From NCBI GenBank assembly GCA_027062985.1, contig JAMOSR010000019.1, forward strand, positions 1-49,650: a stretch of DNA of 49,650 bases, given 5' to 3'. Each line of letters opens with the position of its first letter. The stretch's first letter is position 1. This stretch comes from Nautiliaceae bacterium. Lineage in GTDB: Bacteria > Campylobacterota > Campylobacteria > Campylobacterales > Nautiliaceae. Under the pieces are notes generated by a model. It searched no databases. It worked only from the letters and a program-made list of their open reading frames with translations, and was not told the DNA's origin. The translations under genes were made by a program, and so were the position numbers. Positions 29,456 to 40,029 of this stretch are shown piece by piece.

Positions 29456-30284
29456 GATTTTCTCCTTTTTTTTGTTTTATTAAATATCTTAGAGTGAATT
29501 TTAAAGCGTTATCGTTGCATACTTCAATGCATCTTCCGCAGTTAGTACATTCAATTCCGGAAATGTAATCGCTTTTTTTATGAATTACAGGAGAGAGAAC
29601 CTGATTCTCGGGACATACGATTAAACATTCTCCGCAATTTGTACAGTTATCTTTTTCATGATAAACCCTTACGATGTTTTTTGAGCCTATAATGCTGTAC
29701 ATAACTCCAACCGGGCATATATGCCCGCACCATCCGTTTTTAAGTACAAAAGTGTCAAAAAGAAAAATTACCAAAAGCCATACCCAGCCAAATCCAAGCG
29801 TAAAGGCTATACCTCTTGTAAATATTCCGATTGGGCTTATGAATTCAAATGCCGCCGCTCCTACAAGCGTTGAAACTACGAGCATAATTACTAAAAAGAA
29901 ATATCTGAATTTTTTTATTTTTTGTGCACTGATTAAATTATCTTTTTCATGATGCGTTTTTCTTCTAACCCATGCGGCTAAATCAGTTATCATATTAACC
30001 GGGCATACCCAGCTGCAATAAGCTCTTCCTCCTATTAATCCGTAAAAAAAGAGTATGATTAAAACGCCTATAATCAGGTCGGTACTGATAACTGCTCCTG
30101 CAAACGCCATTTGAAGTACCGCAAAAGGGTCGGCTAACGGTATAGTATCAAAAAGTTTGGAAAAGCTTAAGTTTCCGGCTAATATTTTCCATCCGTAATA
30201 ATTTGCCGTAAAATATAAAAATAATATTAAAATTTGGGTTATACGTCTTAGGATGAGATATCTGTTTTTAATTATTGATCCCAT
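29433..30284 (-). CDS. napH: Quinol dehydrogenase membrane subunit NapH
   Basis: GGRAYCSWVCP, GWCGHICP and two C-terminal 4Fe-4S motifs. Confidence 0.95.
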   Translation of the reverse strand: MGSIIKNRYLILRRITQILILFLYFTANYYGWKILAGNLSFSKLFDTIPLADPFAVLQMAFAGAVISTDLIIGVLIILFFYGLIGGRAYCSWVCPVNMITDLAAWVRRKTHHEKDNLISAQKIKKFRYFFLVIMLVVSTLVGAAAFEFISPIGIFTRGIAFTLGFGWVWLLVIFLFDTFVLKNGWCGHICPVGVMYSIIGSKNIVRVYHEKDNCTNCGECLIVCPENQVLSPVIHKKSDYISGIECTNCGRCIEVCNDNALKFTLRYLIKQKKGENHEKTANS

Positions 30285-31093
30285 GTTACACCTTGGTTAA
30301 GATTTTCAACAGCACTTTTTTTGCTTCTTCCCGTTACGGTAGTTGTTTTGGTAGAAGCTTTTTGAACTCTTTGTTCATCTTTTTTATCCCATCCTTTAAC
30401 GTATCTATCACCCGCTTTTCCTAAAAATACTTCTCTTGGGAATATTTTTATAGCCGCTTTTTCCGTAACGCAAGCCATTTCACACATTCCGCAACCCGTA
30501 CAAAACTCTTCATGTACAACAGGGATACGATAAGCGTGTTTTCCCGTTCTTTCGTTTTTTTTCCATTCTATGGTAATTGCTTTGTCCATTTCAGGACATG
30601 CCCTATAACAAGCGGTACATTGCAAGCCCCAAAAAGCTATGCAGCTGCTTGGGTCTATTACCGCGACGCCCATTTTAGCGTAGTCAATTGCTACTTCCCC
30701 TTTATCATTTTTACACATATCAGGAGTAAGAGCGCCTGTTGGACAGGCGTACATACAAGGTATGTCGTCACACATAAAACAAGGTCCGGTTCGTGCAATA
30801 AAATAAGGAGTCCCTATAGGAACTTTATCCCCTGGGGCTCCTAGTTTTAAAGTAATTATTTCATTTCCGTCTATAATTACTTTATTATCCCTGTTTTTGC
30901 ATGCTTCAACGCATAACCCGCATCTGATGCAGGTTTTTAAAAAGTCTTCCTCTTTTAACGCTCCTGGAGGGCGAAGAGTCAAAGGTTTATCTTTATTCTC
31001 TTCGACAAACCCCGCAACCACACTGCCGGCTGCTATTGCAGCAGCCGAAGCCTGAGCCATTGAAGTAATAAATGAGCGTCTTTTTGTATCCAT
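30272..31093 (-). CDS. napG: Ferredoxin-type protein NapG
   Basis: Tat-like RR, LRPPGAL, CIRCGLCVEAC, GTPYF, four Cys clusters. Confidence 0.95.
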   Translation of the reverse strand: MDTKRRSFITSMAQASAAAIAAGSVVAGFVEENKDKPLTLRPPGALKEEDFLKTCIRCGLCVEACKNRDNKVIIDGNEIITLKLGAPGDKVPIGTPYFIARTGPCFMCDDIPCMYACPTGALTPDMCKNDKGEVAIDYAKMGVAVIDPSSCIAFWGLQCTACYRACPEMDKAITIEWKKNERTGKHAYRIPVVHEEFCTGCGMCEMACVTEKAAIKIFPREVFLGKAGDRYVKGWDKKDEQRVQKASTKTTTVTGRSKKSAVENLNQGVTWDQ

Positions 31094-31101
31094 TAAAATC
31101 C

Positions 31102-33918
31102 TTACGCTTTATAAATTTTAACTGCCGCTTTTTTGTAATCTGTTTCTTTACTCATTGGACATGTTGCGTCTAAACATACTTTGTTGATGAGTACTTTTTC
31201 ATCAAACCATGGAACGAATACCAATCCTCTTGGAGGTTTGTTTCTTCCTCTTGTTTCCACTCTTGCTTTTACTTTTCCTCTTCTACTTTCTATTACTACT
31301 AAATCAAATCTGTTTAGACCTAACTCTTTAGCGTCTTTAGGGTTCATATAACATAAAGCTTCAGGCATTGCTCTGTAAAGCTCAGGTACTCTCATAGTCA
31401 TAGTTCCTGTATGCCAGTGCTCAAGCACCCTTCCTGTACATAGCCAGAAATTGTATCCTTTTGTATCATATTTAGGGTCTTCAGGGTGAACCATAAACGG
31501 TCTCCAGAAAATTTTCGCTTTATTTTTAAGGTTAATTTTACCTTTGCTAGCAATAGGACCTTTTAAGTCACCTCTTTTAATTGTTTTTAGTAACGGTCCG
31601 TAGAATGCAAATTTTTCACCAGGTTTTGCATGTTTTCTTGCATATGGGTCGTATTCTACGTTAAATCTCCATTTTGTTTCTTTTCCGTTGACTACAGGCC
31701 ATCTAAGTCCTCTTACTTTATGATATGTATCAAAATCAGCTAAGTCGTGTGCATGTCCTAGACCAAATTTTCTATATTCTTCCCAAAGTGCCTTATGTAC
31801 GAAGAATCCGTATCCTTTCCATGGTTTTCCGTCGCTTCCTAAAATTTCTCTACCGTCCCCTTCAGCTTCAGTGTTTTTATGCATTTTTCCTGTTTGAGGG
31901 TTTTTGGCAATTGGATCTGGCCATGGGAAGTTTTTGCGATATTCAGGTCTGTTGTATAGAACATCAAACAGTGTCATTTCAGGGTCGTATCCCATAGCTT
32001 TTGCTTTATCAAGTACGTTTGGAAGTTTTGCCTGAGGCCATTCTTTCCAAACTTCTTTTAATTTAAATCTTTTTGAAAATTCCATAATTGTCCAAAGGTC
32101 CGGCATTGCTTCACCCGGAGGTGTTACCTGTTGTCTCCAGTGCTGAGTTCTTCTCTCAGCGTTTCCGTAAGCTCCCCATTTTTCATAAATCATAGCTACA
32201 GGTAAAATTAAGTCCGCAACTCTTGCAGATACTCCAGGATATGCTTCATTAACAACAATGAAATTATCCATAGTTCTTGCTGCTTTTAACCAGTGATTTG
32301 CATTAGCGGTATTTTGCCATGGGTTGTTTACGTGTACCCATACCCATTTGATTTTACCGTCTTCAATGTCTCTCATGATTTTTACAAAGTGGCTTCCAAC
32401 TTTTGGATTTAGTGTACCTTCAGGTAATTTCCACATTTTTTCGGTAATTTTTCTGTGTTTAGGATTTGCTACAAGCATATCTGCCGGAAGTCTGTGTGCG
32501 AATGTACCAACTTCTCTTGCCGTACCACATGCACTTGGCTGTCCTGTAAGTGAGAATGCACCGCTTCCAGGAAGTGACTGTTTTCCAAGCAATAGGTGAA
32601 TCATATAAATTTGTTCGTTAACCCAGCTTCCTCTAACATGCTGGTTGAATCCCATGGTCCAGAAAGATACTATTTTTCTATTTGGGTCACAGTAAAGGTC
32701 TGCTAGTTTTTGAAGTTTTCTTTTGAAACTATCAAGTGATTCGTCTGGGTCACCTTTAGCTACTTTAGCTACATAATCAAGAGTATAAGGTTCAACTCCT
32801 TTTTTGAAATCTTCAAAGCTTATTTCCCAATGCCAGAAAGGTTTTTTACCGGCTGCATGTTTCATTTCCATTTCATCGCCGGCTTTCCATTTTCCAATTG
32901 GTGATAAAGCTACAGCTTCTTCATCAGTTACTTTTTTTACCACTTGTTTAACAACGGTATCTTTTTCTTTTTCCGTTACGTTAGGATTATTAGGGTTTCT
33001 CATACCGTATCCGGTATCGGCATGTCCTGTCGCAAAGATGGTATGTTTTTTAACAAAATCCCAATTTACGGCATTTCTTTTGATAATTTCTCTTGCTATG
33101 TAGTTCATAATAGCAAGGTCTGCGTTAGGTCTGAAAATGATTTCCATATCCGCAAGGTTAGAACATCTGTTTCTGTATGTTGATAAGTTTACTACATAAT
33201 ATTTATCAGGGTTGTTAAGTTTCGCATCTGATACTCTTGACCAAAGAATAGGATGCATTTCCGCCATATTAGCACCCCAGGTGATGACCGTATCTGTAAT
33301 TTCGATATCGTCATAACATCCTGCAGGTTCGTCAATACCGAATGTCTGATAAAAACCTACAACTGCACTTGCCATACAGTGTCTTGCATTTGGGTCGATG
33401 TTGTTACTTCTCCATCCGGCCTTTATTAATTTTACGGCTGCGTATCCTTCTTGGATTGTATATTGTCCAGAACCGAATATCGCAACTCCTGTAGGTCCTA
33501 GTTCGTTATAATATTTTTTAAATTGTTTTTCCATTTCATCAAACGCTCTTTTCCAAGAAACAGGTCTGAATTTTCCGTTTTTGTCAAATTCACCTTTATC
33601 GTTCATTCTTAGAAGCGGTTGAGTAAGTCTGTCAGCACCGTACATAATTTTTGCGTTGAAGTAACCTTTAATACAGTTAATACCTCTGTTTACTGGACTT
33701 TCAGGGTCACCTTTTACCGCTACGATTTTATCGTCTTTTACCGCTACCATAATACCGCATCCGGTACCACAGAAACGACATACGGCTTTATCCCATTGCC
33801 AACCGGCTTGAGATTCTTTTGCTGCAGCTTCAGCTTCTTGTGGAATGGTTATTCCAGCTGCGCTTGCAGCCGCTACTGCTGCTGTTGTTTTTAAAAATTC
33901 TCTTCTGTTCATTGACAT
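31102..33918 (-). CDS. napA: Periplasmic nitrate reductase catalytic subunit
   Basis: Tat signal [45 protein letters not shown] precedes ATG 33918. Confidence 0.98.
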   Translation of the reverse strand: MSMNRREFLKTTAAVAAASAAGITIPQEAEAAAKESQAGWQWDKAVCRFCGTGCGIMVAVKDDKIVAVKGDPESPVNRGINCIKGYFNAKIMYGADRLTQPLLRMNDKGEFDKNGKFRPVSWKRAFDEMEKQFKKYYNELGPTGVAIFGSGQYTIQEGYAAVKLIKAGWRSNNIDPNARHCMASAVVGFYQTFGIDEPAGCYDDIEITDTVITWGANMAEMHPILWSRVSDAKLNNPDKYYVVNLSTYRNRCSNLADMEIIFRPNADLAIMNYIAREIIKRNAVNWDFVKKHTIFATGHADTGYGMRNPNNPNVTEKEKDTVVKQVVKKVTDEEAVALSPIGKWKAGDEMEMKHAAGKKPFWHWEISFEDFKKGVEPYTLDYVAKVAKGDPDESLDSFKRKLQKLADLYCDPNRKIVSFWTMGFNQHVRGSWVNEQIYMIHLLLGKQSLPGSGAFSLTGQPSACGTAREVGTFAHRLPADMLVANPKHRKITEKMWKLPEGTLNPKVGSHFVKIMRDIEDGKIKWVWVHVNNPWQNTANANHWLKAARTMDNFIVVNEAYPGVSARVADLILPVAMIYEKWGAYGNAERRTQHWRQQVTPPGEAMPDLWTIMEFSKRFKLKEVWKEWPQAKLPNVLDKAKAMGYDPEMTLFDVLYNRPEYRKNFPWPDPIAKNPQTGKMHKNTEAEGDGREILGSDGKPWKGYGFFVHKALWEEYRKFGLGHAHDLADFDTYHKVRGLRWPVVNGKETKWRFNVEYDPYARKHAKPGEKFAFYGPLLKTIKRGDLKGPIASKGKINLKNKAKIFWRPFMVHPEDPKYDTKGYNFWLCTGRVLEHWHTGTMTMRVPELYRAMPEALCYMNPKDAKELGLNRFDLVVIESRRGKVKARVETRGRNKPPRGLVFVPWFDEKVLINKVCLDATCPMSKETDYKKAAVKIYKA

Positions 33919-34014
33919 ATGCTCTCCTTTTTGAGATTTTACGCTTTTTTTACGTAATAATGATACTACTTTTCTGGAGTTTTGTGGTAAAATTTTTAAA
34001 AATTTTATAAAAAA

Positions 34015-34047
34015 AAGCACTTTATTGGCACTTTTTAATTTTATTTT
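34015..34047. promoter_or_regulatory. RCACTT direct repeat in the divergent napA/modA region
   Basis: AAGCACTTTATTGGCACTTT with half-sites at 34017 and 34028. Confidence 0.65.
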
Positions 34048-34060
34048 AAGGATTTTTTAT

Positions 34061-34777
34061 ATGAAAAAAATACTCTTTATATCTTTTTTAGCCATATTTT
34101 CATTAGCCGATGTATATGTGGCGGCTGCTTCTAATATAAATTATGCTTTACCTGAGCTTGTAAAAGAGTTTAATAAAAAATATCCTGAAATAAATATTAA
34201 AACGGTTTTGGCAAGCAGCGGGAAACTAAGCGCTCAAATAATTCACGGGGCGCCTTATGATATTTTTTTAGCTGCTAATATGAAATATCCTAAATTTTTA
34301 TATAAAAAAGGTTTTGCAAAAACAAAACCCAAAGTTTATGCAAAAGGCGCTATAACTCTTTTTAGTGTAAAAATAAAAAATCTGGATTTAAAAAAATTAA
34401 AAAGCGTTAATCAAATAGCTGTTGCTAATCCAAAGACGGCCCCTTATGGAGAAGCTGCTCTTGAAGCTTTTAAAAATGCCGGTATTGATAAATGTATTAA
34501 AAATAAATTGATATATGCCGAAACGGTAAGCAGTGTAATCCCTTACGTTTATCATTCCGCTGATGTGGGGGTTATAGCAAAATCATTAATTTATTCAAAA
34601 AAATTAAGGAATAAAAGATTCTATTATAAGGATATACCGTATAATTTATATACTCCCATTAATCAGGGAGTGGTATTGTTAAAAGATAATGAAGAGGCAA
34701 AAAAATTTTATAGGTTTATCTTTTCTGAAGAGGCAAAAAAAATCTTAAAAAAATATGGATATATCGTAAATGAATAA
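34061..34777 (+). CDS. modA: Molybdate ABC transporter substrate-binding protein
   Basis: AAAS, SSGKL.AQI..GAPYD.F..AN, ANPKTAPYG.AA. Confidence 0.94.
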   Translation: MKKILFISFLAIFSLADVYVAAASNINYALPELVKEFNKKYPEINIKTVLASSGKLSAQIIHGAPYDIFLAANMKYPKFLYKKGFAKTKPKVYAKGAITLFSVKIKNLDLKKLKSVNQIAVANPKTAPYGEAALEAFKNAGIDKCIKNKLIYAETVSSVIPYVYHSADVGVIAKSLIYSKKLRNKRFYYKDIPYNLYTPINQGVVLLKDNEEAKKFYRFIFSEEAKKILKKYGYIVNE

Positions 34778-35144
34778 AATCAGAGCATATTTAGAAAATA
34801 TTCATTCTTTAAAACACCTTAATTTACTTGAATTTAAAATAGAAAAGTATATACTTAATGTAGTGGTGTTAGAAATGAATATAGATTTAAAAACAGGGGA
34901 TGAGGTTTTTTTAGGTATAAAACCTACGAAGCTTTTTATTTCCGGTAAAATATGCGATTTTGAAAATGTTTTGCCTGTAAAAATAAAAAATATTCAAAAA
35001 GGCGAAATACTTTCAAATGTGTTATGTGAAATTTCATTACAGCAGATAGAAGTTATTATGTTGAGCAAAAACGTGAATTTTGAAAAAGAGGGGTATTTAC
35101 TGTTTAAATCAACCGACGTATATATTATAGGAAAAGTTAAATGA
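34770..35144 (+). CDS. TOBE/Mop-domain molybdate-binding protein
   Basis: MNKI.A, GIKPT, N.LPVKI..I.KGEILS.V pattern within the mod operon. Confidence 0.75.
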   Translation: MNKIRAYLENIHSLKHLNLLEFKIEKYILNVVVLEMNIDLKTGDEVFLGIKPTKLFISGKICDFENVLPVKIKNIQKGEILSNVLCEISLQQIEVIMLSKNVNFEKEGYLLFKSTDVYIIGKVK

Positions 35145-35818
35145 TAGATTTTACCCCTTTTATTTTGTCGTTTAAACTGGCTTTTTTTGTAACATTGATT
35201 TTGCTTGTTGTCGGTATTCCTTTTGCATGGTGGCTGTCTCGTTTGAAATCCGGCATAAAACCTCTAATAGAATCCATTACGGCCCTTCCTATAGTATTGC
35301 CGCCTTCGGTACTGGGATTTTATCTTTTAGTTTTTTTATCCCCTGATTCTTTTTTTGGAAAAGTCATTTACGATATTTTTAATATTAAACTTGTTTTTAC
35401 ATTTGAAGGATTGGTAATTGCGAGTTGTATTTATTCTTTTCCTTTTATGATTCAGCCTATTCAAAGCGGTTTTGAGAGTCTTAACAAAAATATAATAGAA
35501 GCTTCTTACGTAAGCGGCAAAGGTTTTTTGACAACGCTTTTTAGGGTAATTCTTCCAAATATAAAAACTTCTCTTTTAACTGCGATTATTATTACTTTTG
35601 CTCATACTATAGGGGAATTTGGAGTAGTATTGATGGTGGGAGGAGCTATACCTGGGAAAACGGAAGTTGCAAGTGTGGCGATTTATGATTTTGTTGAAAC
35701 TCTTGATTATAAAAATGCCCATATATACAGTGCCATTATGCTTTTAATAAGTTTTACGGTATTACTTGCGGTTTATTATATAAATTACAGGATAAAGAAA
35801 AAACATGGTATCGGTTAA
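35141..35818 (+). CDS. modB: Molybdate ABC transporter permease
   Basis: LPIVLPPSVLGFYLL, FAHTIGEFG. Confidence 0.95.
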   Translation: MIDFTPFILSFKLAFFVTLILLVVGIPFAWWLSRLKSGIKPLIESITALPIVLPPSVLGFYLLVFLSPDSFFGKVIYDIFNIKLVFTFEGLVIASCIYSFPFMIQPIQSGFESLNKNIIEASYVSGKGFLTTLFRVILPNIKTSLLTAIIITFAHTIGEFGVVLMVGGAIPGKTEVASVAIYDFVETLDYKNAHIYSAIMLLISFTVLLAVYYINYRIKKKHGIG

Positions 35819-36668
35819 TATTACAAAAACACTTCACGGTTCTAAAGGAAAGATGGAGCTTAATTGTGATTTTGAAATTTCTAAAGGGGATTTTTTAGCC
35901 GTTTTCGGGCCTAGCGGTAGCGGTAAGACTACTCTTTTGAGAGTTATAGCCGGTTTGGAAAAATCAAAAGGAGAAATTGTAGTCGATAAAAAAGTTTGGC
36001 AAAACGATAAAATTTTTTTAAAACCTCAAAAAAGAGAAATAGGGTTTGTTTTTCAGGATTTTGCTCTTTTTCCTAATATGACGGTACTTGAAAATCTTTT
36101 GTATGTAAATAATGATAAAAAATTTGCTTTAAAGCTGCTTAAAATGGGGGAAATTTTGGAATTAAAAGACAGATTCCCTTTAATGCTCAGCGGTGGTCAA
36201 AAACAAAGAGTCGCTTTAATAAGGGCTATTATGAGAAAACCTAAACTGCTTTTAATGGATGAGCCTTTTTCGGCTCTTGATGTTTCTATGAGGGAAAAAC
36301 TTCAAAATGAAATTTATATGTTTCATAGGGAGTTTGGACTAACTACCATTATGGTGTCTCATTCCCCGGGCGAAATTTATAAACTGGCCAATAAAGTTTT
36401 AGAAATAGACCATGGAAAAATTATAAATTTCGGGGATGTTTCAAAAATTCTATTAAAAACAAATACAAGCGAAAAATTTTCAATAGAAGGAACTATTCTT
36501 GATATAATAAAAACAGATGTAATTTATATTGCAGTAGTCGAAATAGCTTCTAGAATAGTTGAAATAGTCCTTTCTCAAAAGGAGGCTTTAAATTTTAAAA
36601 CCGGAGATAAAATTATAATATCGACTAAAGCTTTTCATCCGAATATAAAATTAAAGGAAAAAGTATGA
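35805..36668 (+). CDS. modC: Molybdate ABC transporter ATPase
   Basis: GPSGSGKT, LSGGQKQR, LMDEPFSALD and a C-terminal TOBE. Confidence 0.93.
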   Translation: MVSVNITKTLHGSKGKMELNCDFEISKGDFLAVFGPSGSGKTTLLRVIAGLEKSKGEIVVDKKVWQNDKIFLKPQKREIGFVFQDFALFPNMTVLENLLYVNNDKKFALKLLKMGEILELKDRFPLMLSGGQKQRVALIRAIMRKPKLLLMDEPFSALDVSMREKLQNEIYMFHREFGLTTIMVSHSPGEIYKLANKVLEIDHGKIINFGDVSKILLKTNTSEKFSIEGTILDIIKTDVIYIAVVEIASRIVEIVLSQKEALNFKTGDKIIISTKAFHPNIKLKEKV

Positions 36669-37312
36669 AAATTTTACTTGTTGAAGACGATGAATTTATA
36701 GGTGAGAGTATAAAAGATTATTTTGAACTTCAGGGAAATCGTGTAGATTATTATTCTTCTCCTAAAAAGGCTTTAGAAGAGATATATCCTAATAATTATG
36801 ATATTTTTTTAATAGATATTAATATGCCCGGTATGAACGGATATGAATTTTATGAGGAGCTTAAAAATTATGCCGGGGAAGTGCCGGTAATATTTATTAC
36901 CGCTTATTCTGATATAGAACATGTGGAAAAAGCGTTTGAGTTAGGTGCGGCGGATTATATTAAAAAGCCTTTTGATTTAAAAGAGCTTGAGCTTCGTGTT
37001 AAGAGACTGGTTTTTAAAAAAACCAACTGGATAAAAATAAGTGACAATTATAAATTTGACTTAAGTAAACTAAAACTTTTTTATAAGGATAAAGAAGTTG
37101 ATTTAACCCAGAACGAAAAATATTTTTTGGAAATTTTAGTAAAAAACATAGGGCAGGTAGTTGATAACGAAACATTAAAAGATTATGTATGGGACGGAAA
37201 GGATATATGTAACAACACCATAAGAACCCATGTGAAAAAGCTTAGAAGCAAGTTGGAAGAAAATTTTATTAAAAACGTTAGGGGAAGCGGATATAAAATT
37301 GAGAAACAGTAA
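36665..37312 (+). CDS. OmpR-family response regulator
   Basis: ILLVEDD, DINMP, ADYIKKPF and winged helix RTHVKKLRSKL...NVRGSGY. Confidence 0.95.
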   Translation: MKILLVEDDEFIGESIKDYFELQGNRVDYYSSPKKALEEIYPNNYDIFLIDINMPGMNGYEFYEELKNYAGEVPVIFITAYSDIEHVEKAFELGAADYIKKPFDLKELELRVKRLVFKKTNWIKISDNYKFDLSKLKLFYKDKEVDLTQNEKYFLEILVKNIGQVVDNETLKDYVWDGKDICNNTIRTHVKKLRSKLEENFIKNVRGSGYKIEKQ

Positions 37313-38909
37313 CGATTTTAAATTTGATATCACTATAGCTTTTGTGATTTTTGCCTTTTTAATAGTCGTAAGTGTTACTTATACGGCTATTTATATTTTT
37401 ACAAATTTAACAACACAGGAATTTAAAGAAAAAGTTAAACTTTCGGCAAACAGTTTTTATTATATCTATAACCAAAAAGAAAATTCCATAAAAAACAGCG
37501 TCAGGGCTTTGGCTTCTAATGATATTTTTAACGTAAAATTCAATGTAAATCCGGAAATAATAAAATCGGTGTTTAAAACAATGCTTCTTGCTAATTATTC
37601 TATAAAAGAAATAAATTATTATAATCCTTACGGAAAGCTTGAGGTAGGATGTGAAAAATTTAATAAAAATGTTATCTGTTATTCGGATAACAGAAGAATG
37701 CTTAACACCAAAAACTTTAAATTTGACAAGCTTTTTATAAGAAGAAATTTTGTAAAAGACGCTATAGAGTTTATATCCATATCTCCAATCATAAATACAA
37801 AAAAGGGTTTTATAGAAGTTAAGTCCTTAATTCATTTAGACTATCCTTCCGATTTATTTAACCTTATTTTAGTGGATAAAAAAGGTATTATTCATTTTAT
37901 GTCTTCTTCTTATTCAAGACCGGTTAATAGTATATATGATATTTTTAATTATTTTTTAGGGGATAAAATATTAAAAACAAAAGAAGGTTTTGTTACCGAT
38001 GATATTTATGTAAAAGAGTTTTCTTCTGATTTTAAAATTATTTTTATTCAAAATAAAAGCGTAATAAGCAAAACCAATAGAGTTTCTCAGAAAATGGCTT
38101 TTATTATGCTTATAATTTCTATTTTTGTAGCTATTCCCCTTGGAATGTTTTTTTCAAAACCTTTTTATAAATTTTATGAAGAGCTTGATAAAAGAGTAAA
38201 AGAAGAAATAGAAAAAAGACAGCAAAAAGAACAGTTGTTAATGCATCAGAGCAAACTTGCTGCCCTTGGTGAAATGCTTGGGAATATAGCCCATCAGTGG
38301 AGACATCCTTTAACTAGGCTTTCCTTGCTTATTCAAAATCTTGAAATGGCTTTTAAAATGAATAAACTCGATGATAAAAGGTTTAACCAGTTTAAAGAAA
38401 ACGCTATGCTTCAGATAAATTATATGTCAAATACGATAGATGATTTTATTAACTTTTTTAAAAAAGATACAAAAAAAGTAGAGTTTTATCCAAACGAAAT
38501 AGTAGAAGACGCTATAAAACTTATAGAAGGAAGAATCAAACAAAACGGAGTGGAAATTATCAGGGAAATAGGTTCTGCTAAATCTGTTTACGGATATAAA
38601 ACGGAATTTTCTCAAGTTATACTTAATATTTTAAATAATGCTATTGATGTTTTAACAGAAAGAAACATAAAGGATAAAAAGATATGGATAAGAATAAACG
38701 GTAATAAATTAGAGATAGAAGATAATGCAGGAGGAATACCTGAAGAGATAAAAGATAAAATATTTGAACCTTATTTTACCACTAAATTTCAGTCTCAAGG
38801 GACGGGAATAGGACTTTATATGAGTAGAGTCATAATAACTCAGCATTTTAACGGCAAATTGTATGTTTATAATTCAAAAAACGGGGCTGTATTTGTAATA
38901 GAAGTGTAA
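37299..38909 (+). CDS. Membrane sensor histidine kinase
   Basis: Two TM segments around a periplasmic domain. H-box IAHQWRHPL, NILNNA, DNAGGI, GTGIGL. Confidence 0.95.
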   Translation: MRNSNDFKFDITIAFVIFAFLIVVSVTYTAIYIFTNLTTQEFKEKVKLSANSFYYIYNQKENSIKNSVRALASNDIFNVKFNVNPEIIKSVFKTMLLANYSIKEINYYNPYGKLEVGCEKFNKNVICYSDNRRMLNTKNFKFDKLFIRRNFVKDAIEFISISPIINTKKGFIEVKSLIHLDYPSDLFNLILVDKKGIIHFMSSSYSRPVNSIYDIFNYFLGDKILKTKEGFVTDDIYVKEFSSDFKIIFIQNKSVISKTNRVSQKMAFIMLIISIFVAIPLGMFFSKPFYKFYEELDKRVKEEIEKRQQKEQLLMHQSKLAALGEMLGNIAHQWRHPLTRLSLLIQNLEMAFKMNKLDDKRFNQFKENAMLQINYMSNTIDDFINFFKKDTKKVEFYPNEIVEDAIKLIEGRIKQNGVEIIREIGSAKSVYGYKTEFSQVILNILNNAIDVLTERNIKDKKIWIRINGNKLEIEDNAGGIPEEIKDKIFEPYFTTKFQSQGTGIGLYMSRVIITQHFNGKLYVYNSKNGAVFVIEV

Positions 38910-38911
38910 AA

Positions 38912-38944
38912 AAGCACTTTATAAGCACTTAATTTGTTTATAAT
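38912..38944 (+). promoter_or_regulatory. cycB promoter: GCACTT direct repeat plus -10 TATAAT
   Basis: AAGCACTTTATAAGCACTTAATTTGTTTATAAT. Confidence 0.72.
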
Positions 38945-38968
38945 CCTCCTAAAAAAAAAGGTTTGAGA

Positions 38969-39526
38969 ATGAAAAAATCTACTCTTGGAGCGTTAATAGT
39001 AGGAGCTGTTGTAGGGCTTGGTATTTCTTATGTTGCAGCTGTTATGGTGGATATTACAGGACAGCCTAAATTTTGTGCCAACTGTCATACGATGAAACCT
39101 ATGATTGAAAGTTTTCATTACAGTGTGCACGGAGGAAATAACCCTCAAGGATTTGCCGTTCATCACTGTACGGACTGTCATCTTCCGCACAACTCTTTAA
39201 TCGGGTATTTGTTTGCAAAAGGGTTAAGTGGGGCAAGAGATGCAATGGCTCAGTTTGGTGTTCTTAAAATGGTTGATTTTAAAGAAAATTTCTGGGAAAT
39301 GAAACATTATACATATGACAGCGGATGTTTGCACTGTCACCATGGAATAAAAGAGCCTGAAAAAGCAATCGGACTTGCAGATAATGTAAAAGAATTGCAT
39401 CAAAAATATTATTGGGATGCTAAAAATTCAGGAAAAGATATCAGCTGTGTAAATTGTCACAACGACTATACAATGAGTCATTTTGCTCATCCTAACTTGT
39501 TGGAAACCCTTCATACTGCGGAATAA
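38969..39526 (+). CDS. NapC/NirT-family tetraheme quinol dehydrogenase (cM552/CycB-like)
   Basis: N-terminal TM anchor, CANCHTM (CxxCHxM), CTDCHLP, CLHCH, CVNCH. Confidence 0.92.
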   Translation: MKKSTLGALIVGAVVGLGISYVAAVMVDITGQPKFCANCHTMKPMIESFHYSVHGGNNPQGFAVHHCTDCHLPHNSLIGYLFAKGLSGARDAMAQFGVLKMVDFKENFWEMKHYTYDSGCLHCHHGIKEPEKAIGLADNVKELHQKYYWDAKNSGKDISCVNCHNDYTMSHFAHPNLLETLHTAE

Positions 39527-39609
39527 TTTTCAATTTTCTTCTTTTTTTCTCCTTAATATATATTTAATGTAAAATTTTTGTTACAATACCTCAAAAAAAA
39601 GGTGTTGAA

Positions 39610-40029
39610 ATGAAAAAAGTGCTGCTTTTATTGGTAGGTATTTTTCTGTTTGCTTTTGAATGGAGCGGAAAAGTAAATTGGGCGATGAGTTATGATTTGG
39701 CAAAGTCGATTGCCGCTAAAGAAAATAAACTGGTAATGGTGGATATTGCTCTAACAAACTGTCCTCCATGCAGGTATTTAGCGACTAAAGTTTACACGGA
39801 TGATAAAGTTGCGAATTATATAAACAGTAATTTCGTACCGGTGTTTTATCTAGCGGACCAAGATAATATCCCTACGGAGGTTCGAAACTATTTTACAGGT
39901 TCTACTCCGACGATTCTTTTCATAAAACCAAACGGAGAGCTTGTTTATTCTTTTATAGGTGCAAGACCTCCTAGTGCTTTTTTAAAAATTTTACAGGATG
40001 TTAACAGTAAATATAAGGTTTCTAAATGA
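39610..40029 (+). CDS. Periplasmic thioredoxin-fold protein
   Basis: Signal peptide, CPPC and TPT cis-Pro. Precedes ccsBA. Confidence 0.88.
   Translation: MKKVLLLLVGIFLFAFEWSGKVNWAMSYDLAKSIAAKENKLVMVDIALTNCPPCRYLATKVYTDDKVANYINSNFVPVFYLADQDNIPTEVRNYFTGSTPTILFIKPNGELVYSFIGARPPSAFLKILQDVNSKYKVSK

Noticed and set aside
33919-34020. Extended napA N-terminus in the ORF track
   Set aside because: The RBS and Tat signal place the start at 33918; the extension is promoter DNA.
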